A DNA stretch of 64,000 bases, taken from the NCBI GenBank assembly GCA_965220765.1, contig OZ244847.1, positions 640,646 to 704,645 on the forward strand, in the 5' to 3' direction. This DNA is from Candidatus Latescibacterota bacterium (lineage in GTDB: Bacteria > Latescibacterota > UBA2968). The position numbers and the translations under genes are program-made. Under the pieces are notes generated by a model. The model searched no databases. It had not been told where the DNA came from and worked only from the letters and a program-made list of their open reading frames with translations. Within the stretch, counting starts at the first letter, position 1, and every line of letters begins with the position of its first letter. Of this stretch, positions 10,673 through 19,094 are shown piece by piece.

Positions 10673-12661
10673 ATGGCCCTACCCGAATCCCTGTCTCCCA
10701 CATCTGAAGATGCCCAAAGAAGAGCGACGCGCATTACGCCTCGCAGTGTCGCGTTGGGGCTTCTGATTTCTTGTCTGGCGAGTGCATGGGTGACGTATTC
10801 CCGCACGGCTGCAAATACTTCTGCGGTTAATATTACCCATCTTCCGGTTTCTATTTTTGCGATTTTTTTGTGCGTTTTTGTTCTCAATACGCTTCTGAAG
10901 ATTCGGTTTGACAGACAGGGGCTGGCTTCTCGAGAATTGGCTGTTATTTTCGCTATGGGGCTGATTGGGGCGATTATTCCCGCGCGTGGGTTGACCGGTG
11001 TCTGGCTGGGGCTGATGGCCGCGCCTCATTATCTGGCTACGCCGGAGAATGGGTGGATTGACAATGTTCAGCCCTTTCTTCCGCCCTATCTTTTTCCGTC
11101 CAATGATCACCAGCAGACGACGTTTTTGTACGAGGGCTTGCCGTCTGGCGTGTCTATTCCGTGGGAGGTGTGGATTGGTCCGATTTTCTGGTGGGTTACG
11201 CTGATTTTGGCGGGGTTTGTGGTGTGTTTTTGTCTGGTGGTTATTCTTCGCAAGCAGTGGGTTGAAAGCGAGCGTCTGGATTATCCTTTGCTCGCGCCTG
11301 TTCTGGAGATGGTTGCCGAGGCTCGCGATTCTTCGGGGCGAAGTGGCTGGCCGGTCCTGTTTCGGGGGTATCTCTTCTGGATTGGTTTTGGGCTGGCGTT
11401 TGGGATTATTGGGTGGAATATTATTACTTATTTTTATACGACGGTTCCCCGCATTAGCATGAGTCCCAATGGCGGGCTTTTTTATTTTGCGCGCCTTTTT
11501 CCGCCGCTGTTGACGCATATCAATACTTATACTATTGGTTTTGGATATTTTGTGAATCTGGAAATTCTTTTTTCGATCTGGTTTTTCCACTTTTTGCTGA
11601 TGGGCGAGATTGCGCTTATTCGGAAGACGGGTTTTCAGTTTGGGCGGATGCACCAGAAGGGCGGCGGTTGGGGTGATCCCCTGGTGCAGTGGCAGTGCAT
11701 GGGCGCGCTTTTTGTGTTTGTGGGCTGGGGGCTGTGGACTGCGCGGCGGCATTTGAAGGTGGTTTTCAGGAAGGCGTGGCATGACGATCCCGATGTGGAT
11801 GATGCGAATGAGCTTCTTTCCTACCGCACGGCTGTGATTGGCCTGATTGTGGGTGTGGCTTATATCATAGCCTATCTTTTGAAGGCGGGGGTTGCGCCGG
11901 GTCTTTTGATGATTACGATACCGGCTGCGATTGTTATTTATATCGCGCTTGCCCGTTTTGTGTGTGAGTCGGGCACGCTGTATCTGGGTATTCCCACGAC
12001 GCCTCTGGATATGGGTTTTCAACTGATCGGTACGGTTACGATTGATCCGAGGACGATTGCCGTGGGTTCTACGGCTCATGCGCTGCGCTGGATGCTGTTT
12101 ATGCCGGCTTTGTCGCAGAATGTCAAAGTTTTTGATCGCGTGCCGGGCAATAAGCGCGTGCTTTTTTGGGTGTTGCTTTTGGGGTTGGTCGGTGCGCTGG
12201 TGGTCAATATTTCTATGGTGCTCTATCTGGGCTATACACATGGGGCGTATAATTTTACGGAGTATCCGTTTACCCGGTACGCGCCCCGTCTTTACGATGC
12301 GATTGTTACGAAGATCAAGTCTCCCGAACCGGCTTCGTGGGAGCGGATGGTGCTGTTCGGCTTTGGGGGTTTCATTTTTGCGATTCTCACGGCGCTTCGG
12401 TACCGCCTGCCCTGGTGGCCCATCCATCCCGTGGGTTTTATTATTACGACGACGAGTATTCTCCACGAGATTACGTCTCTTATTATCGTCTGGCTGTTCA
12501 AAGCCATTGTGATTCGGGTAGGTGGTGTGTCCCTGTACGAAAAATACCGTCCGCTCTTTTTCGGGATTATTGCAGGCAGGGCGACGGGGGTGCTGGTTTC
12601 GTTTGTTGTCGATTTGATCTGGTTTCCTGGCGGAGGTCATGGGGTACACGGTTGGGCGTGA
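10673..12661 (+). CDS. large polytopic integral membrane protein of unknown function
   Basis: 662 aa with at least 12 hydrophobic helices. Only long plus-strand gene in the first 30 kb. Divergent from the heparinase-like pair. Confidence 0.6.
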   Translation: MALPESLSPTSEDAQRRATRITPRSVALGLLISCLASAWVTYSRTAANTSAVNITHLPVSIFAIFLCVFVLNTLLKIRFDRQGLASRELAVIFAMGLIGAIIPARGLTGVWLGLMAAPHYLATPENGWIDNVQPFLPPYLFPSNDHQQTTFLYEGLPSGVSIPWEVWIGPIFWWVTLILAGFVVCFCLVVILRKQWVESERLDYPLLAPVLEMVAEARDSSGRSGWPVLFRGYLFWIGFGLAFGIIGWNIITYFYTTVPRISMSPNGGLFYFARLFPPLLTHINTYTIGFGYFVNLEILFSIWFFHFLLMGEIALIRKTGFQFGRMHQKGGGWGDPLVQWQCMGALFVFVGWGLWTARRHLKVVFRKAWHDDPDVDDANELLSYRTAVIGLIVGVAYIIAYLLKAGVAPGLLMITIPAAIVIYIALARFVCESGTLYLGIPTTPLDMGFQLIGTVTIDPRTIAVGSTAHALRWMLFMPALSQNVKVFDRVPGNKRVLFWVLLLGLVGALVVNISMVLYLGYTHGAYNFTEYPFTRYAPRLYDAIVTKIKSPEPASWERMVLFGFGGFIFAILTALRYRLPWWPIHPVGFIITTTSILHEITSLIIVWLFKAIVIRVGGVSLYEKYRPLFFGIIAGRATGVLVSFVVDLIWFPGGGHGVHGWA

Positions 12662-12825
12662 TGGGACCACGTAAGAACACAATCCGCAGAAGAAACGCGA
12701 ATAATTTGAGCGTTTCACACAGATAAATGGTAGAGGCAAAAAACCTTTCGCCCATTGTTATGTGTGTTGTAGGGGCGGGTCCCCGTGCCTGCCCGTCATC
12801 GCGTTTAAGCCGCTCTATTGCATTA

Positions 12826-14037
12826 TTAGAAATTGAATGTGAGTGCGGCGCGAAGCCCTTTACTGGATGTGCCTGTCTGCCGCGGCCAAGCAGGTAGGGG
12901 TGCAAGGCTCAGGTTAAGGCGTTGGGGTGATACCTTGACCCATTTGTCGGATTTTGTTATTGCACCAAGCAGCGTGGAAATACCAATAATTGAGGGTACG
13001 TATATCAAAGTCATAACAGATTCTGTAAATGCTTCCCATCCATCTCCTTCAAATCCTTCACCTTTGACCTGGGTCTTTATCAGGATAGCTACACCGGCTC
13101 CCGCAGCAAGCCCAATTATCAAGCCTTTGCTTGTATTTCTATATTGTCCCATGCTTACTTCAATATGAGAGATTGCAGTAATAGGTACTTGATAAAATGT
13201 TGTATGTCCTTGTTGGATACTATCTGGGGCACGAAGTCGGCGGGGCGAAGTTGCACGTTCTGCTTGGATAACGAGCGTGTCATGGGTCATTTTAATGAGC
13301 TTGCCAACCATCTGACCCTTCTGAATTGATGGGGCATACACACGCACTCGAGCATTGTATTTGGCTCCGGTTTCTCGATATTGCTCAATCTCTGTCAAGT
13401 GTTTGGCGACAATGAGGGTGTCAATATCATTGTATGCTATGTTATAGGTATCAGCCCCATATTTGAGCGCGATATGGCTTGAGTCCTTGTCTGCGATCTG
13501 GCTAGTGGCTTTTCCCATAGCACCTTGAGATGTATAGACGATATGGGCATACCATCCCTTTACGATCTCTGATGGGGCAATCTGTCCGCGTGGCATCACT
13601 GTGACGGTCTTTTGATTAAGCCGTTGTATAGCAGCCTGCTCTGTCTCCTTTGCTCCTGCCTCTCGTTTTTCCATCTCTCGAATAAACCGATTTACCTCAT
13701 TGATTTGCTTTCCTCGTGAGGTTGCTTTCTTGCTCATGATCACTGATAGCACTTTGTCGTAAGCAATGGTCTTCTTTCCAAAAAGTGCTCCGCTTCGAAT
13801 CAGAAATGTGGTCTCGTCAATCGCATCAATCCAGCCCTTTTCCAATTTCTGTTTATTCTTGCTATCGTAATAGGTGACTACAACGTAGGCATCTTGAATG
13901 AGCGTGTCGGCATTGATCTGTGCGCCTTGCAGGTATGTGGCTGCATACGCCAGCGTTGGAGCCATTATATTGAGCAAGATGGTTGCAATTACAAAGACAG
14001 CAGCTAATTTTTTCATGTGTCTCTCTTTTTGAGACAA
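12826..14037 (-). CDS. hypothetical secreted protein (signal peptide, C-terminal hydrophobic segment)
   Basis: 403 aa. N-terminal KKLAAVFVIATILLNIMAPTLAYA signal peptide. Low-GC composition relative to flanking genes. Confidence 0.5.
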   Translation of the reverse strand: MSQKERHMKKLAAVFVIATILLNIMAPTLAYAATYLQGAQINADTLIQDAYVVVTYYDSKNKQKLEKGWIDAIDETTFLIRSGALFGKKTIAYDKVLSVIMSKKATSRGKQINEVNRFIREMEKREAGAKETEQAAIQRLNQKTVTVMPRGQIAPSEIVKGWYAHIVYTSQGAMGKATSQIADKDSSHIALKYGADTYNIAYNDIDTLIVAKHLTEIEQYRETGAKYNARVRVYAPSIQKGQMVGKLIKMTHDTLVIQAERATSPRRLRAPDSIQQGHTTFYQVPITAISHIEVSMGQYRNTSKGLIIGLAAGAGVAILIKTQVKGEGFEGDGWEAFTESVMTLIYVPSIIGISTLLGAITKSDKWVKVSPQRLNLSLAPLPAWPRQTGTSSKGLRAALTFNF

Positions 14038-14064
14038 ATATATTTCATTGATTCTACTTAAAAG

Positions 14065-14517
14065 TCAATCGAACTGTAGTCTATTATACCAGATTAAAAA
14101 AAGAATAACTGGAAAAAAAACAATGATAGCTATAGCTTGTTCTCTTGAGGCCTTTTTTTTTGTAAGCAATTCTATCTTCTTGATGTGCTTAAAAGAGATA
14201 TGGGCCTCCTTATCTTTAAATCCATGGGTAGAGGTGACGATAACAATGGCATCTGCCGTGACAGATTTCACTCGTCCTATCTGGCGTTTTGGTTTTGTAG
14301 ATGAGCCATCCAGATAGGTAATGCGAATGAGTTGTTCCACTTTCAGGTTCAGTGGTTTGTGCTGCTCTGCCTTCAGGTCTTCCTGTTCAATAGATTTCAG
14401 AACTTTTGTCGTCTGGCATCCCGTCTGAATCAGGAGCACGCACGCCAGTAGCAGGCATAGGACTTTGCGAGAGATCTCAAAACCATTGGTTAGAACTTTA
14501 CGTATTTTCTGGTTCAT
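14065..14517 (-). CDS. hypothetical lipoprotein
   Basis: Start chosen at MNQKIRKV, internal to the 14065..14568 ORF. Lipobox LLIQTGC. Low-GC. Confidence 0.45.
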   Translation of the reverse strand: MNQKIRKVLTNGFEISRKVLCLLLACVLLIQTGCQTTKVLKSIEQEDLKAEQHKPLNLKVEQLIRITYLDGSSTKPKRQIGRVKSVTADAIVIVTSTHGFKDKEAHISFKHIKKIELLTKKKASREQAIAIIVFFPVILFLIWYNRLQFD

Positions 14518-14718
14518 CAATAATACCTCCTTCAAAACACAAAGGTACGGGTAGCTGTCTCCCATCATTAAAGTCGCCGATTAGACTGACAGACATAGAG
14601 AAACTGCCTGTTCCTGTCCTGCCGTGAACATCGGTCACTATCACGGTAAGTTTGAAGTGCGAAGTGGGATGAGACAATGGAGAGGTGTTGGGAGGTTCTT
14701 ACTTTTTACTTTTTACTT

Positions 14719-15183
14719 CTAACTTCTTTCCACCTCCACCCACAATTCATTTAGTCCGCGCAAAGTGATCTGATGCCTACGCACGGGTTCGGCGCTTAGT
14801 CGAATTGAGGGGTATCGCTTCAACAGGGCGGCAAAGGCCACTTTGGCTTCCATTACGGCAAGTGACGCGCCCAGGCAGTAATGGATGCCGCGTCCGAAAG
14901 AGAGGTGACTCGTTTGCTTTCGGCCTATGTCCAGGGTATTGGGATCGGAAAACACGGCGGGGTCGCGGTTTGCTGCGCCGATGAGGGAGATGACGGGTTG
15001 GCCTGCGCGGATTCGCTTGTTTTTGACCACGCTTTGAACCGGTCCAGGTCCTCGGTGTGGACCCCCAGCATTTGGGCGATGACAATAACCGGCAGGGGAA
15101 ATGCGAAGGCGTTCATAGGTGAGCAGTGCCCGTGCGGCAAGCGGCTTGAGACTTTTCTCGATTGCCCGAGTTATTGAAATCAT
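14719..15183 (-). pseudogene. cytochrome P450 remnant (frameshifted and truncated)
   Basis: C-terminal heme-ligand loop FGRGIHYCLGASLA and ANRDPAVFSDP are in one frame. A meander/middle P450 segment LPVIVIAQMLGVHTEDLDRFKAW is in another frame (14925..15140). Only about 465 bp are present, versus about 1.2 kb expected. Confidence 0.6.
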
Positions 15184-15255
15184 CGTTGCGTTCTTTCACA
15201 CAAAAGCCCCGTTTGACTTTTGCCAGACGGGGCTTTCGATATTGGCGGGTATATC

Positions 15256-16407
15256 TCATGCATTCTTCAGGGCATTTACCGCTTCAATCAGTCGCCGATC
15301 GGCTTTGTAGCGCAATTCTAAGATCGCGTCTATATCCGATAGTGCGTTCGACTGAGCCTGTAGTCGGCACACGTCAATGCGGTCTGACAGGGCATTCATC
15401 ACCACGTCGAGCAACATCAAATCTGTGACATCGTCGGCAACCATACACTCATCGGCCAGAACTTTGCGGATCATTTCCAGGGGCTTTTTGAGCCTTTCAG
15501 CGTCCGGGATGGATTCACTATTTCCATTGTTGACCAGTTCGGGCGACAAGCTGCCGAGAAAACCTTCACTGATGAATTGCCGCGTTTTGTCTTCGGTCCA
15601 CGATTGCGCCAAAATTTGTGTCAATTTGTTCGATGGTTGTTCGGGTTTCTTTTCTCGACTGCGACTGCTGCGATCGCTGCTGCGCTTTGAAGGCCGCTGT
15701 TTGTTCTGGTCGCTCTGATTGCGTCCTTTGGGCGGGCGAGATACTTTGCGCGTGTCTTTTTGCACATTGCGAGTATCTTCTTTTTTTGGTTCATCCCGCT
15801 GGGCCTGAGCAGGTGTTTCGGTTCGCGCTGGTTCTGCTGATGCTTGAACGGTTTTTTCCTCTGTGTCCGCGTTTTGCTGTCGCGTGGGTTGAACAGGTGT
15901 GCTTACACCGGCGCGATCTTCCCAGCCAATTGGAGCTGATCGCCTTGTCCGACGCCCCCATTGCATTTCTTCTGTTTGCACATCCTGGGGCGTTTGTGTT
16001 TGCGCGGTTTCTGCTTCTTTTCGATTCTGTTCGGCGGAAGCCTTTGCCTGGACCTTTTCCCTGCGCCGTCTGGATGGCGGCGATGAGATCACTGTGCGCT
16101 CTTCCTGTGCAGCAGGCATTTCAGCCTTTTTCGCAGGTTTTTTGGCCTGTTTTACAGGTTTTTTGGCTGTTTTTTTAGTTGCCTGCTTTTTGGCTGTTTT
16201 TTTAGATGGCTGCTTTTTCGCAGGCTTTTTGGATGACCGCTTTTTTGATACACGCGGTGTAGAAGATCTGGTGCTCGTTTTCTTAGCTGGCTTTTTGGCT
16301 GTTTTTTTAGTTGCCTGCTTTTTGGACGGGCGTTTTGCTTTTTTTGCTGTGGATGTTGCGCCTTCAGTTTCCCGAGGTTCATCGGTCTGTGATTTCGTTT
16401 TTGCCAT
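15256..16407 (-). CDS. Lys/Ala-rich histone-H1-like (KKxAKK-repeat) protein with conserved C-terminal helical domain
   Basis: 383 aa. N-terminal 100 aa is a tandem AKKTAKKPAKK repeat, then a low-complexity acidic/polar linker, then an ordered C-terminal domain of about 100 aa (LKKPLEMIRKVLADECMV...). Confidence 0.55.
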   Translation of the reverse strand: MAKTKSQTDEPRETEGATSTAKKAKRPSKKQATKKTAKKPAKKTSTRSSTPRVSKKRSSKKPAKKQPSKKTAKKQATKKTAKKPVKQAKKPAKKAEMPAAQEERTVISSPPSRRRREKVQAKASAEQNRKEAETAQTQTPQDVQTEEMQWGRRTRRSAPIGWEDRAGVSTPVQPTRQQNADTEEKTVQASAEPARTETPAQAQRDEPKKEDTRNVQKDTRKVSRPPKGRNQSDQNKQRPSKRSSDRSSRSREKKPEQPSNKLTQILAQSWTEDKTRQFISEGFLGSLSPELVNNGNSESIPDAERLKKPLEMIRKVLADECMVADDVTDLMLLDVVMNALSDRIDVCRLQAQSNALSDIDAILELRYKADRRLIEAVNALKNA

Positions 16408-16482
16408 AATATCCTTTCGTCAAATTTGGTTTAAGTCTTTGCATAATATAGATAAAACTGCCCATAAATTCAACCAAACACA

Positions 16483-16512
16483 AAAAAAAGGCTGACCATT
16501 GGTCAGCCTTTT
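16483..16512. terminator. bidirectional Rho-independent terminator
   Basis: aaaaaaaa-GGCTGACC-att-GGTCAGCC-tttt is a perfect 8-bp stem flanked by an A-run and a T-run, immediately downstream of groEL on the minus strand. Confidence 0.6.
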
Positions 16513-16543
16513 GTGGAGGTTGAGCATATTTTGACAGTCCGAT

Positions 16544-18169
16544 TTAGTGCATGTGCCCGTGATGGGGGTCGTGGGCGGGCGCAGCACCTGCGTTTTCTTC
16601 TGGCATATCTGTCACCAGAGCTTCGGTTGTCAATAACAGTCCCGCGATGGACGCTGCATTTTCCATTGCAGTGCGCACGACTTTTGTGGGGTCAATCACA
16701 CCGGAATCTACCAGATCTTCATATTGCTCGGTGCGTGCATTAAACCCATAAGCGCCTTCGCCTTCGTTCACTTTTTGCACGACAAGGCTGCCTTCTATGC
16801 CGGCATTATCGGCGATCTGACGCAGCGGGGCTTGCAATGCGCGACGCACGATATCTACGCCTGTGCTCTGGTCGCCCTGCACATCTGTTTCGTCTAATGC
16901 GCCAAGACTGCGCAGGAGAGCGACTCCGCCGCCGGGCACAATGCCTTCTTCAACAGCAGCACGCACGGAATGGAGTGCATCTTCGACGCGGGCTTTCTTT
17001 TCTTTCATCTCTGTTTCGGTTGCCGCACCAACGTTGATGACGGCTACACCACCAGCCAATTTCGCCAATCGCTCTTCGAGTTTTTCGCGGTCGTAGTCAG
17101 AGGTGGTCTCTTCAATTTGCCGACGAATTTGACTCGTTCGCCCTTGAATATCGGCGAGAGATCCCGCACCTTCTACGATTGTGCTGTTGTCTTTGTCGAT
17201 TACCACGCGCTTGGCCTGCCCGAGATCGCTAATCTCGACGTTTTCGAGCTTGATGCCGAGATCTTCCGTTATCACGCGCCCACCCGTCAGTACGGCGATA
17301 TCACCCAGCATTTCTTTGCGGCGGTCGCCATATCCCGGTGCTTTTACGGCACAGGCAGCGAGGGTGCCGCGCACTTTGTTGACGACAAAAGTGGCGAGGG
17401 CTTCACCTTCAACATCTTCGGCAATGACCAGAAGCGGCTTGCCAGCACCGGCAACTTTTTCGAGCAGAGGCAATAAGTCGTTCATGTTTGACAACTTCGC
17501 CTCGTTAATAAGAATCAGCGCGTCTTCCAGTATGGCTTCCATGTTTTCCTGATCGGTCACAAAATAAGGCGATAGATAACCGCGGTCAAACTGCATTCCT
17601 TCGACCACATCCAGTGTTGTCTCAATACTCTTGGCTTCTTCGACTGTGATTGTGCCGTCTTTGCCAACTTTGTCCATTGCATCGGCTATAATCTCTCCGA
17701 TGCTGCTGTCACTGTTGGCGGAAATTGTCCCTACTTGTGCAATTGAATTGCGGTCTTTTACCGGCTGGCTCTGGTCTCCCAGTGCTTTGACCACGGATTC
17801 AACAGCCGCGTCAATACCGCGCTTGAGGTCCATCGGGTTGGCTCCGGCGGTTACATTGCGCAAGCCTTCACGGAAAATCGCTTCGGCCAATACTGTCGCT
17901 GTGGTTGTGCCGTCGCCTGCAATGTCAGAAGTCTTGGAAGCGACTTCTTTGACCATCTGCACGCCCATGTTTTCGTAAGCGTCTTCGAGTTCGATTTCTT
18001 TGGCTACAGTCACGCCGTCTTTTGTCACGGTGGGAGACCCCCAGGATTTCGCGATAACCACATTTCGTCCAGCAGGTCCCAATGTGGCCTTCACGGCTTT
18101 GCTCAAGAGCGTTACACCATCGAGAATGCGCTCTCGAGCATCTATTCCATAGGCAATCTGCTTTGCCAT
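16544..18169 (-). CDS. groL: chaperonin GroEL (Cpn60)
   Basis: 541 aa. [29 protein letters not shown] canonical GroEL motifs. C-terminus is His-rich (HDPHHGHMH) instead of a GGM repeat. Confidence 0.97.
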   Translation of the reverse strand: MAKQIAYGIDARERILDGVTLLSKAVKATLGPAGRNVVIAKSWGSPTVTKDGVTVAKEIELEDAYENMGVQMVKEVASKTSDIAGDGTTTATVLAEAIFREGLRNVTAGANPMDLKRGIDAAVESVVKALGDQSQPVKDRNSIAQVGTISANSDSSIGEIIADAMDKVGKDGTITVEEAKSIETTLDVVEGMQFDRGYLSPYFVTDQENMEAILEDALILINEAKLSNMNDLLPLLEKVAGAGKPLLVIAEDVEGEALATFVVNKVRGTLAACAVKAPGYGDRRKEMLGDIAVLTGGRVITEDLGIKLENVEISDLGQAKRVVIDKDNSTIVEGAGSLADIQGRTSQIRRQIEETTSDYDREKLEERLAKLAGGVAVINVGAATETEMKEKKARVEDALHSVRAAVEEGIVPGGGVALLRSLGALDETDVQGDQSTGVDIVRRALQAPLRQIADNAGIEGSLVVQKVNEGEGAYGFNARTEQYEDLVDSGVIDPTKVVRTAMENAASIAGLLLTTEALVTDMPEENAGAAPAHDPHHGHMH

Positions 18170-18184
18170 AATATCAATCTCCTT

Positions 18185-18472
18185 CTACTGAATAATGCCC
18201 AATACGTCATCTTCGTTTACGATTACGTAATCATCGCCATCAACTTCAATTTCCGTGCCGGAGTATTTGCCAATTAAAATCTTTTCTCCGGATTTTACCG
18301 CTGGCGCGATCACGTCGCCATTCTTATTGCGTTTGCCCGGTCCAACGGCAACGACCTCAGCTTCCTGTGGTGTTTCTTTAGCAGTATCGGGGATGATAAT
18401 GCCCCCCTTCACTTGCTCATCAGCATCCACCCGTCGCACCAGGATGCGATCGGAAAGCGGACGGACATTCAT
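18185..18472 (-). CDS. groS: co-chaperonin GroES (Cpn10)
   Basis: 95 aa. MNVRPLSDRILVRR..GGIIIPDTAKE... Confidence 0.95.
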   Translation of the reverse strand: MNVRPLSDRILVRRVDADEQVKGGIIIPDTAKETPQEAEVVAVGPGKRNKNGDVIAPAVKSGEKILIGKYSGTEIEVDGDDYVIVNEDDVLGIIQ

Positions 18473-18527
18473 GAGAACCCTCCTTGAAAAGCAGTTAAAT
18501 GTAATAAATTTAATTGTTTATATGTTG

Positions 18528-18554
18528 TTAGCACTCTGTTATTTTGAGTGCTAA
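18528..18554. promoter_or_regulatory. CIRCE operator (HrcA binding site) upstream of groES-groEL
   Basis: TTAGCACTC-N9-GAGTGCTAA is a perfect match, located between the predicted promoter and the groES start. Confidence 0.85.
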
Positions 18555-18561
18555 GGCGGGA

Positions 18562-18591
18562 AAATATACAGAAGCACCAATATTTGCGCAA
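18562..18591 (-). promoter_or_regulatory. candidate sigma-70-type promoter for groESL
   Basis: Minus-strand TTGCGC-N17-TATATT lies immediately upstream of CIRCE. Confidence 0.45.
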
Positions 18592-18602
18592 GTGTAAAAG
18601 GG

Positions 18603-19073
18603 CTATATATCAGCCAGTTTTGTTTTTTTCTGAGCCAGTACTTTTTCCAGATGATCAATTTGCTCTTTGAGCAGTTCGGGAGTTTCTGGCGCACCCGTTT
18701 CTTCAGGTGGAGGTGGAATTTCAGCCGGCAAATGCGCATCTTCCCAATCCCCGTATCCGCCGTCCATCGAGATCACTTTTTCGTATCCCAGGGCTTTCAG
18801 GGTTTCGCCAGCGAGGAGGGATCGCACGCCGCCTGCACAAATCACAATCACTTCACGCGATTTATCGGGCATTGCCAATTCAGCTTTATATTCCAATTCA
18901 CCGCGCGGTATGTGTACTGATCTTTTTAAGTGCCCGCGCTCCCATTCATCCAGTCCTCGCACGTCGAGTAATACGGGATTATTGCCCTCGTTCAAATACT
19001 CATTTACTTCCTGTACAGTCATTTCTGGAATATTTTGACGCGCATCATCCAGCAAATTTTCACGCGACTTCAT
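18603..19073 (-). CDS. rhodanese-domain sulfurtransferase
   Basis: 156 aa. DVRGLDEWERGH..VIVICAGGVRS active-site Cys loop. C-terminal Pro/Glu-rich tail. Confidence 0.8.
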   Translation of the reverse strand: MKSRENLLDDARQNIPEMTVQEVNEYLNEGNNPVLLDVRGLDEWERGHLKRSVHIPRGELEYKAELAMPDKSREVIVICAGGVRSLLAGETLKALGYEKVISMDGGYGDWEDAHLPAEIPPPPEETGAPETPELLKEQIDHLEKVLAQKKTKLADI

Positions 19074-19094
19074 AGATTCATCTCCTCATTGATT

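Noticed and set aside
10679-12739. 686-aa minus-strand ORF overlapping the 662-aa membrane protein gene
   Set aside because: The translation is extremely biased (R/K/Q/N/P/H-rich, no hydrophobic core). It lies antisense to a well-formed polytopic membrane protein gene, which is typical of a spurious reverse-frame ORF in GC-rich coding DNA.
15899-16495. 198-aa plus-strand ORF antisense to the histone-H1-like gene
   Set aside because: It mirrors the repetitive AKK region (it translates as FLAGFLA repeats). It is an antisense artefact of the repeat.
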